Part shown: positions 1 to 6,883 of the stretch, one piece after another | Layout: the number at the start of each line of letters is the position of its first letter | How positions within the stretch are numbered: the stretch's first letter is position 1 | Assembly (NCBI GenBank): GCA_964035545.1 | Contig: CAXIUT010000136.1 | Coordinates: 1 to 9,255 of the forward strand | DNA: 9,255 nt | Direction of reading: 5' to 3' | Source of the DNA: Bugula neritina | Taxonomy: Eukaryota > Animalia > Bryozoa | The notes under the pieces: model-generated | What the model was told of the DNA's origin: nothing | Databases searched by the model: none | What the model saw: only the letters and a program-made list of their open reading frames with translations | Position numbers and translations under genes: made by a program

Positions 1-173
1 AACCAGACTTCGGGTGGTGCGACCTGCCATGACGCAGGGTCTTTATTCGAGCGTACATCATGAAAGTCACCAGGAACGCGGGCACCAAGGCGGTAGCTTA
101 GGCTAAACCAAATGACGGCAAGCGCTGCTACAAGGCCTAACAGACGAATCGGCCAGACGGTAATTACTGACAC
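1..173 (-). CDS. N-terminal part (57 codons visible) of a hypothetical membrane-anchored or exported protein, truncated by the left edge
   Basis: Manual translation from GTG at 173-171: MSVITVWPIRLLGLVAALAVIWFSLSYRLGARVPGDFHDVRSNKDPASWQVAPPEVW..., open to the edge. GGAGGAGG lies 6 nt upstream (plus-strand cctcctcc, 180-187). Overlaps the upstream gene end by 10 nt. Hydrophobic stretch LLGLVAALAVIWFSL. Confidence 0.7.
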   Translation of the reverse strand, partial: MSVITVWPIRLLGLVAALAVIWFSLSYRLGARVPGDFHDVRSNKDPASWQVAPPEVW

Positions 174-2518
174 AGGAAGCCTCCTCCCTGAAGTGGAATA
201 CCCTGTGGATCAAGGGCTTCCGGGTGATAGCCAATTACATCATCCCGTCCCTGCTGACGGCAGAGTTTTAGACCTTCCGCTTTTCTGTTGCCCGGTACCG
301 AGCCGAATGCACCGGGATTACGCCAGTTTATGACTTGCCTTTGCATGAGTCGGGGGGAGTTTTGGAGTGATGGTTGGTAGTTGATATGCTCTTCCATTTT
401 TAACTCTGCTACTGAGAAAGCACAATAGTAGGCAAAGGTGGTTTCCCCCGCCATATTTATCGCTTCCGGATGGAAGCCCAGGGCTTTGATACCACCTTGT
501 TCCTGACAGTTACGGTTGCCGATAACCTCTTCTTCCGGGGTTAAATGGCCAAATAATTCAGGGCGGTCAAACTGAGGAAGGGCGGTGCTGATGCTCATTT
601 GTGGGCGTTGTTGTGCGGAGTAAGTTACTTTCAAGGTTGTTCCAGATTGGTTAGCAGCAACGGCGGCGGTGTGTTTAATGCGTTGCTGCTCAGCGATGCG
701 TGCCTGCGCCTGTTTAATACGTTGTTGCTCAGCAATGTGGGCCTGCGCCTGTTTAATACGTTGTTGCTCAGCGATGCGTGCCTGCTCTTGTGCGAATCGT
801 TGTTGCTCAACAAGACGAGCGGCCTGTTCTTGTTTAATGCGTCGTTGCTTCGCAATGTGTGCTTGTTGTTCTTGTTCAATGCGCTGCTGCTCAGCGATGA
901 GTGCTTGTTCCCGTTTGATTCGCCGTTGTTCGGCGATGCGCGCCTGTTGCTCGAAGCGTTGTTGCTTAGCAATACGGGCTATCTGTTCTTGTTTAATACG
1001 TTGTTGTTCTGCAATGCGCGCCTGTTTAGCGCGTTGCTGCTCTACGATGCGTTTTTGTTCCTGTTCGAACCGTTGTTGCTCAGCAATACGAAACTGCTCC
1101 CGTTTGATTTTCTGCTGTTCTGCGATACGAGCTCGTTCCCGTTTAATGTGTTGTTGTTCTACGATGCGAGCTTGTTGTTCGAATCGTTGTTGCTCAGCAA
1201 TGCGCGTTGACTGTTCCTGTTTAATGCGCTGTTGTTCTGCAATGCGTACCTGTTCTTGTACTAATCGTTGTTGCCCGGCGCTGTTTTCCTGTTTCTGTTC
1301 TTGTGTGATCTGCTGTTGTTCTGCTCTTGCGGTGAGTACTTGTTCCTGTTCTACAGGCTGTTTTTCATCAATGTGAATTTGCTCTTGCGACTTTATACTA
1401 TCAGTTGAAATTCCCGCTTTTTTTTCAGCTGACCGATCTCTGGGTTTTATATCACCAGGGGCAAAAGCCTCTCTATTCGCATTCGCAGAGAGAAAAATGG
1501 TTTTTCTTTCTTCTGTGTTACTAACAGAGGTGACAGGTTGCGATTCTGTTTGAAAATAGCTGCTTAAGTACCCGCTGAGGCCGACGATAACCAGGCATAT
1601 AGCCAGAGCATAATAAAGTTTCCTGTTTTTGGCGGCGGTGTCGTTTTGTGCCGGAAGCGGGTCAACCAGGTAGAGTAACCGTTCTGGCGAATCTGGTCGG
1701 CTGGCACGTTTAAAAGCCAGTCCCGAATGAAGTGAGTCCCAGCTTTTTTCCGGCAGTTTGATGACCGGGTTGGGGATGCTTTCTTTTAAGGCTGCCTGAA
1801 CTGAATTGTCTTCAATAAAAGGCAGGTAGCCATTGAGCAATTGATAGAGTAGAACAGATACAGCAAAAGTGTCATCCGTCGCTACTGGTCTTTCGCCCAT
1901 CGCCACTTCAGGGCTAATTGTTGGGGCGTGTAATATTAGTCCTTGTGGTTGGTTTGCCTGTTGGCTGTTAAGAAAAACATGGTACGCGACAACCACCGGC
2001 TCATTAATGAGTTGGGCATGTCTGTTCTCCGGGTTGTACGCGATTGCGCCCGCTTCAAGAAAGGCATAACCTGATCTAACAGGGGCTGTTTTAAGCGCTT
2101 GGGTGACCGCTACCGCTGTATCTATGGCTGTAGCAACCGGATAACCAAAACGGCCTACCCGGTTTATTTCTTCCTGTAGTAAGGCATGGTGCAGGTTGGA
2201 GATAATAAACCAACACTGTTGTTCCTCTGTGCCAAAGTCATTGATATGGACATCCCATTCAGCCTCACCGGTTTGATATTTTTTCAATACTGAAATCAAT
2301 ATGGCATTGAAGCCGGGTTGCTGGGAAAGTGTGGCGTTAACGATACCTATGGTAAGTGGTTCTGCGTCTTTATTGTCGTTAATGGTTTTGACATCATGGC
2401 CAAGATAAAAGTCAACTAAGGCTGTGGATGTGCGTAATGTATGCGCGAAGTAGCGTTCATTCCCAACATGAAAGCCCGTGAAATCTTTGTCGTTTTGGTA
2501 GACCGCTAGTGTTGCCAT
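164..2518 (-). CDS. 784-aa bitopic membrane protein: N-terminal Ser/Thr-kinase-like pseudokinase, TM helix (aa ~301-322), Q/E/R-rich TolA-like repeat stalk, two C-terminal copies of a two-Cys domain
   Basis: Long ORF. C-lobe kinase motifs ISPEVAMG (APE-like), DDTFAVSVLLYQLLNGYLPF (subdomain IX) and RASRP (subdomain XI). TM segment LYYALAICLVIVGLSGYLSSYF preceded by KNRK. 15 RIAEQQR-type repeats. C-terminal domain is shared with the lipoprotein at 6884-7264. Confidence 0.85.
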   Translation of the reverse strand: MATLAVYQNDKDFTGFHVGNERYFAHTLRTSTALVDFYLGHDVKTINDNKDAEPLTIGIVNATLSQQPGFNAILISVLKKYQTGEAEWDVHINDFGTEEQQCWFIISNLHHALLQEEINRVGRFGYPVATAIDTAVAVTQALKTAPVRSGYAFLEAGAIAYNPENRHAQLINEPVVVAYHVFLNSQQANQPQGLILHAPTISPEVAMGERPVATDDTFAVSVLLYQLLNGYLPFIEDNSVQAALKESIPNPVIKLPEKSWDSLHSGLAFKRASRPDSPERLLYLVDPLPAQNDTAAKNRKLYYALAICLVIVGLSGYLSSYFQTESQPVTSVSNTEERKTIFLSANANREAFAPGDIKPRDRSAEKKAGISTDSIKSQEQIHIDEKQPVEQEQVLTARAEQQQITQEQKQENSAGQQRLVQEQVRIAEQQRIKQEQSTRIAEQQRFEQQARIVEQQHIKRERARIAEQQKIKREQFRIAEQQRFEQEQKRIVEQQRAKQARIAEQQRIKQEQIARIAKQQRFEQQARIAEQRRIKREQALIAEQQRIEQEQQAHIAKQRRIKQEQAARLVEQQRFAQEQARIAEQQRIKQAQAHIAEQQRIKQAQARIAEQQRIKHTAAVAANQSGTTLKVTYSAQQRPQMSISTALPQFDRPELFGHLTPEEEVIGNRNCQEQGGIKALGFHPEAINMAGETTFAYYCAFSVAELKMEEHINYQPSLQNSPRLMQRQVINWRNPGAFGSVPGNRKAEGLKLCRQQGRDDVIGYHPEALDPQGIPLQGGGFLCQ
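180..187 (-). promoter_or_regulatory. Shine-Dalgarno GGAGGAGG for the ORF starting at 173
   Basis: Near-perfect SD 6 nt before GTG, embedded in the Gly-Gly-Gly codons at the end of the upstream gene. Confidence 0.6.
671..1246 (-). repeat. Intragenic imperfect tandem repeat, 15 units of about 11-14 codons (last truncated; consensus RIAEQQRIKQEQA)
   Basis: Counted from the translation: RIAEQQRIKQEQST, RIAEQQRFEQQA, RIVEQQHIKRERA ... RIAEQQRIKQAQA, HIAEQQRIKQAQA, RIAEQQRIKH. The plus-strand motif cgttgttgctcagc recurs. Confidence 0.92.
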
Positions 2519-2610
2519 AGTTGTCAGTATGCATGCGAAGAGGTGTTAGGGATTACGCTGTCTCAATTTTTTAATGTTGTGATCTGCAATAGAGAGTGCA
2601 AAAGCTAACA

Positions 2611-2648
2611 CCCTCACCCCAACCCCTCTCCCTCAAAAGGAGAGGGGC
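2611..2648. repeat. BoxC/REP-like extragenic palindrome; may act as an RNA hairpin downstream of wzc
   Basis: ccctcaccccaa-cccctctcc-ctcaaaa-ggagagggg: perfect 9-bp stem (2623-2631/2639-2647), 7-nt loop, pyrimidine-rich leader. Resembles the E. coli BoxC-type CCCTCACCC..CCCTCTCCC..GGGAGAGGG repeat, from recall. Confidence 0.65.
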
Positions 2649-2687
2649 TAAAGAAATCATGCACTTTCCCTCTCGTCATATGAGGGA

Positions 2688-2795
2688 GTTGTAAAAGATG
2701 TTCCGGTGCATTCGTTCTGCCCTTCGGCTCCGCTCAGGGCGCAGCTCGATGGTACACCCGAGGGCTGAGCGGAGTCGAAGCCCGGCTTTTACGGC
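2688..2795. repeat. Nested inverted-repeat element (MITE/REP-like)
   Basis: Inner IR cttcggctccgctcag (2722-2737) / ctgagcggagtcgaag (2765-2780), 15/16 match, 27-nt spacer. Outer imperfect IR gttgtaaaag (2688-2697) / cttttacggc (2786-2795), 8/10 match. Confidence 0.6.
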
Positions 2796-2828
2796 ATCCC
2801 CCCCCTATGAGAGGGGATCAAGGCTTTA

Positions 2829-5800
2829 TCATGCAGCATCAAGAAACTTCTTATCGTCATTGTTACCGTAATTATAATAATCGTAGTTGTAGTTATAGCC
2901 ATAACCACTACCCTGTTTGGTCTTAGTAGCAACAAAGCCGATAACATTGGTACGTGCGTGGTACAGGCGTTTTAATGAGCCAAGCAATACCTGCTTTTTC
3001 GACTCACCCATAGACACGGCAACCATCGTCGCATCTGCACGGCTTGAAATCACCAGCGCGTCTGCCAGTCCTAGTACCGGTGGCATATCCAGCACGATGA
3101 CATCGAATGTTTTATCAACACGTGCCATAGCATACAGTTCATCTAAGCGATCGCTGCTTAACAGTTCCACCGGATTCGGCGTCATTGGCCCCGCTGTGAC
3201 AACATAAACGCCAGGAATCTGGCAACCCTGAGTTACGGCTTCAATATCATCCTGGTCAGTTAGGTAGTTCGTCAACCCTTTGCTGTTATCTAAGCGCAGG
3301 CGTTTATGTACTGATGGGTTACGCAAGTCGGTATCAACTAATAAAACTGTTTTGCCATCCTGAGCAAAGGTACTGGCAATATTGACCGCACTGGTTGATT
3401 TACCTTCTGCGGCCGATGAACTGGTAATAGCGATGACCGGAGGTACACCAGAGCGGGTCGAGAATTTTAGATTAGTGCGCAATGATCGGTAAGCCTCAGC
3501 AAACGCAGAGCGCGGATCGGTTTGCGTCATCATGGCAAGTTTTAATGAATCTTGTTGCTTGGCTTTTGGAATAATGCCAAGTAAAGGCAGGCCGCCACTA
3601 ATCTTGCTTAAGTCATCAGCGTTCTTAATGCGGTCATCCAGGAATTCAAGCAGGAATGCCAACACAGTTCCCAAAAATAACCCTAATACTGCGCCTAACA
3701 TTAGGTTTAGGCGTGTATTGGGTTTGTGTTTACTAAAGGGAACGACAGCTTTATCAACAACAGCAATATTATTGTTACCAATACCGCCAGCGATACCAAT
3801 CTGTTTTTGGCGATCTAGCAGGCCGGTGTAAATATTGCGGATACTGCCGAGTTCGCGCTTGAGTTCATTTAAGCCGATGTTTTGGTCACGTAGTTCCACA
3901 GATTTGGACTTCTGATCTTCCAGCTGTTGGCGGATCGCTTCTTCCTGTTCCTGTGCGGCGATCATTTTGCCTTTTAGACCTTCCTGTACGGTGGTATCAA
4001 TATTGGCTGTTTCCAGCGCTATCTGCTTTTTCAATTCAGCGATGCGTTGTTGCAGGTTAATTTTATTATTATTGTCTGAAGCACTGGTTTCACGGGCAAT
4101 TTCAATTCGGAGCTGGTCAATTTGCTTCTTTAGGTAGGATTGTGTGCCGGTTTGCAAAGCCCGTGTCTCGCGCCCAATATCGACACGCAACTGGTCAATT
4201 TTCTTTTTCAGATAAGTGCGGTTGCTGTTAGTTATATTGTTAGTTTCTCGTGCAATCTCACTTTTCAACTGATTAATTTGCTCAGTAAGGTTAGTGCGGG
4301 TGTTTTGTGTCACAGCACGCGTTTCCTGAGCTATTTCCTGTTTTAGCTGATTGATTTGCTGAGTCAGATTGTTACGTACCGATGCATTTTCCTGTACAAG
4401 TTGTTTTTTTACTTCATTAATTTTTTGACGAAGTTGAACCATTGCTGGATAAGCTGGTTTGTAGATTTGTGCTTTTTCCTGGTATTGACTTTCAAGTTGT
4501 GCCAGCTGACTTTTAAGGCTCCTTTGTATGGAAGAACCCCCGGCAGAAGTAGTGTCGCCCTGGCCACCTTGTAGTTGCGTTTGTAGCTGGGCTAGCCGTT
4601 GCTTTAGCGTTTGTACAACCGGGTTTTTAAAGGCATTGGATGCACTGATTTCAGCCTGATACTGACTTTGCAATTGTGCAAGGCGACTTTTCATCGTACG
4701 AATTACCGGATTTTCTATAGCCCTCGAGGCAGATAATTCACCCTGATAATCGCGTTGTAGTTTTGCTAACTCCTGGGTCATTGAACGAATAACCGGGTTA
4801 TCCCCGGCACGTGAAGCAGTGACTTCGGCTTGATATTGACTTTGCAGTTGAGACAGCCGTTGCCGTAAGGCACGAATATTGGAATCATCGTATGAGCTGG
4901 ATGTGGTAACGGCTGCTTTGTATTGGCTTTCCAGCTTGGCCAGCTGTTCTTTTAAAGTTTGGATAGTGCTATTACCTAAGACCTCGTTGGCACTGTCGGC
5001 ATCCCGGGTTTCGGCATAAGCAATTTCAGCTTTTACTCTTTCGGCTTCGGCTTTAGTTAAAGCAACGCTTAATTCTCGTAATTTATTATTGACAAGTGAT
5101 ACATCATCATCAGTCAGAATAATGCCATTGTCTTTTGCATATTTATTAAGCTTTTCTTCTGCCTCGAGCAACTTCTCGCGTGTGTCAACTATTTCCTTTT
5201 GAACCATGTCTTCAGCAAAAGAAGCCGACTTAATACGGCGCTCAATGTTTACTTTAATGTAATTACTAGCCAGCGTATTAACAATGGTTGCTGCCCGCTC
5301 AGGGTTGGTGTCGGTATAATGAACAGTAACAATTTGTGAATTTTTTACCGGCGCAACGGATAGCCGTGCTAACAACCTATCAGCGATAGGGCGTTCGCCA
5401 AGCAATTTTTTTTCATCGGTTTCTTCTTCCAGCGTGTCATCAACAACTGTGTCGTCCATGACAATGCTGTCTTCTCCGTTTTCATCCTGAGCGTCTTTGC
5501 TGTTTCCAGAAAATAAAGCTGTAAATTGTTTACCAAGATCAGCTATCCAGGAGGATTCTGTGCTGGCTAGTTTGGCCTGGCGGAAAACCGATTCCATACC
5601 CAAGTCTTCAATCGTACGATGCGCCAACATACGACTTTTAAGCAATTCGTATTGGGTTTGGTAAAAATCCCGTCGGTTAACATTGCCGCCTTTTTCAACA
5701 TCGTAATCCAGTACCTGTGATTCTTCCTTAATCTGTATGGTGGTACTGGCCCGGTAGGTGGGCTTCTGCATTAAGGTGAATACCAGGGAGGCAAGGAATA

Positions 5801-5996
5801 TCAGGGCGGCTATGGATAAAATCAGCCACTTGCGGCGCAACAAAACCTGCCATAGTTCACGCAGGTCAATTTCATCATCGTCATCATCCCGGTCAGTATC
5901 TTCTACCGGATAGCCATGCGGTCTGATGGCCCCCTGTGTTTGTGCGACGGGCAGCTGGCTGCCCGGTAACACTGCAATATTATCTTCGTTTTTCAT
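2829..5996 (-). CDS. wzc: Polysaccharide co-polymerase / bacterial tyrosine autokinase (PCP-2a, Wzc/GumC family) with an expanded periplasmic region. Start is either ATG at 5996 (1055 aa, preferred) or TTG at 6032 (1067 aa)
   Basis: N-terminal EIDLRELWQVLLRRKWLIL plus TM1 and PTYRAST. TM2 LNLMLGAVLGLFLGTVLAFLLEFLD preceded by VVDKAVVP...KP. AEAYRSLRTNL, Walker A ITSSSAAEGKST, Walker A' LLVDTDLR, Walker B VIVLDMPP, C-terminal tyrosine cluster GYGYNYNYDYYNYG. Directly downstream of wza. Confidence 0.95.
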   Translation of the reverse strand: MKNEDNIAVLPGSQLPVAQTQGAIRPHGYPVEDTDRDDDDDEIDLRELWQVLLRRKWLILSIAALIFLASLVFTLMQKPTYRASTTIQIKEESQVLDYDVEKGGNVNRRDFYQTQYELLKSRMLAHRTIEDLGMESVFRQAKLASTESSWIADLGKQFTALFSGNSKDAQDENGEDSIVMDDTVVDDTLEEETDEKKLLGERPIADRLLARLSVAPVKNSQIVTVHYTDTNPERAATIVNTLASNYIKVNIERRIKSASFAEDMVQKEIVDTREKLLEAEEKLNKYAKDNGIILTDDDVSLVNNKLRELSVALTKAEAERVKAEIAYAETRDADSANEVLGNSTIQTLKEQLAKLESQYKAAVTTSSSYDDSNIRALRQRLSQLQSQYQAEVTASRAGDNPVIRSMTQELAKLQRDYQGELSASRAIENPVIRTMKSRLAQLQSQYQAEISASNAFKNPVVQTLKQRLAQLQTQLQGGQGDTTSAGGSSIQRSLKSQLAQLESQYQEKAQIYKPAYPAMVQLRQKINEVKKQLVQENASVRNNLTQQINQLKQEIAQETRAVTQNTRTNLTEQINQLKSEIARETNNITNSNRTYLKKKIDQLRVDIGRETRALQTGTQSYLKKQIDQLRIEIARETSASDNNNKINLQQRIAELKKQIALETANIDTTVQEGLKGKMIAAQEQEEAIRQQLEDQKSKSVELRDQNIGLNELKRELGSIRNIYTGLLDRQKQIGIAGGIGNNNIAVVDKAVVPFSKHKPNTRLNLMLGAVLGLFLGTVLAFLLEFLDDRIKNADDLSKISGGLPLLGIIPKAKQQDSLKLAMMTQTDPRSAFAEAYRSLRTNLKFSTRSGVPPVIAITSSSAAEGKSTSAVNIASTFAQDGKTVLLVDTDLRNPSVHKRLRLDNSKGLTNYLTDQDDIEAVTQGCQIPGVYVVTAGPMTPNPVELLSSDRLDELYAMARVDKTFDVIVLDMPPVLGLADALVISSRADATMVAVSMGESKKQVLLGSLKRLYHARTNVIGFVATKTKQGSGYGYNYNYDYYNYGNNDDKKFLDAA
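3978..4973 (-). repeat. Intragenic repeat block in wzc: six ~29-aa units, the YKPAYP turn, then six 22-26-aa units
   Basis: A units start at 4973, 4886, 4799, 4712, 4625, 4538 (87-bp period; e.g. NPVIRTMKSRLAQLQSQYQAEISASNAFK). Turn at 4446-4463. B units mostly have a 78-bp period (e.g. LTEQINQLKSEIARETNNITNSNRTY). Confidence 0.9.
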
Positions 5997-6002
5997 AGCA
6001 AA

Positions 6003-6032
6003 ATTATACGTGTCCGGATTGTTAGGGATCAA
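6003..6032 (-). promoter_or_regulatory. Candidate sigma70-type promoter immediately upstream of wzc
   Basis: Minus strand TTGATC (6032-6027), 18-nt spacer, TATAAT (6008-6003), 6 nt, ATG (5996). Motif match only. Confidence 0.35.
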
Positions 6033-6076
6033 TCACTAAATATAATCGTGATTGATCATTGATCCTGATATTTTAG

Positions 6077-6793
6077 TTAGCCGCCAACCATTGAACGTAT
6101 AACATTTACCGGGCTTAATAAGGTACCGACTTCACGCAGCCAGTAACGGCTACCGGAGCGATGCGCGATGATGCGGTCATCATTACGGATATAGGGGTCT
6201 TTGGATTTACCAGCGCGTATATCGTTTAGGTTCAGATTGTAGGCTTTTACCTGTTCGCCACTTTTGCGAAATAATACGATTTTCGCTGGATCGGCCAGAT
6301 TGCCCGGCCCACCCGCGAGGGCCAGGGCTTGTAACAGGGTCATTTCACCTTTGATGGGGAAAACACCCGCTTTGGCGACTTCACCTTCTACGGTGACGCG
6401 CTGGCTGGTGAATTCTTCGATAGCGACAGTGACCTGTGGGTTTTGTAGGTAATCTTTGCTTAGACGATCAGCAATGCTCTTTTCCAGCGCGAATTGGGTC
6501 AGACCTTCGGCGCGCACATTACCAATTAACGGTAAGGAAATATTGCCGCGTGGGTCAACGCGTACTTTTTGGTTGAGTTCGTCGGCCTGGAAGACTTTGA
6601 TGCTGATTAAGTCGGAAGTGCCAATCTTGTATTCGACTCTGGGAGCTGTGTAGTCGAGTTCGGTTAGATCAGAGAATATTTTTTTGCCGGAGCTATCTTT
6701 CGCATCGGCAGAGAAACCACCGCCTAAAGAGCAGGCAGAAAGTGTTAGGCAGACACTTAGGGTGAAAATGATTTTTTTGGGACTTTTTAACAT
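6077..6793 (-). CDS. wza: Polysaccharide export outer-membrane lipoprotein (OPX; short Wza/GumB type), 238 aa
   Basis: Lipobox LSAC (Cys21). Poly_export signature YKIGTSDLISIKVF...VRVDPRGNISLPLIGNVRAEGLT...YLQNPQVTV. One SLBB domain VTVEGEVAKAGVFPIKGEMTLLQALALAGG...DPYIRNDDRI. Adjacent to wzc. Confidence 0.95.
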   Translation of the reverse strand: MLKSPKKIIFTLSVCLTLSACSLGGGFSADAKDSSGKKIFSDLTELDYTAPRVEYKIGTSDLISIKVFQADELNQKVRVDPRGNISLPLIGNVRAEGLTQFALEKSIADRLSKDYLQNPQVTVAIEEFTSQRVTVEGEVAKAGVFPIKGEMTLLQALALAGGPGNLADPAKIVLFRKSGEQVKAYNLNLNDIRAGKSKDPYIRNDDRIIAHRSGSRYWLREVGTLLSPVNVIRSMVGG

Positions 6794-6883
6794 TTTGCTA
6801 TGAACCTGTAGATTTGTTTGTCATTGAATGGAACAAGTTTGGCCCTTTGTTTGGTGGTTATAGTCGTTGTTGATAATTTTGAA

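Noticed and set aside
671-1246. Possible CRISPR array
   Set aside because: Units are contiguous, degenerate, multiples of 3 nt and inside an ORF, with no unique spacers.
599-1376. ORFs 599-1210(+), 669-1376(+, Cys-rich RCCSAMR repeats) and 631-972(-)
   Set aside because: Antisense or alternate-frame shadows of the stop-poor RIAEQQR repeat; the Cys richness is the reverse complement of CAA/CAG/GCA-rich sequence.
164-2518. Annotation as tolA or as an active Ser/Thr kinase
   Set aside because: No tolQ/tolR/tolB context or TolA C-terminal domain; the catalytic Lys, HRD and DFG motifs are absent.
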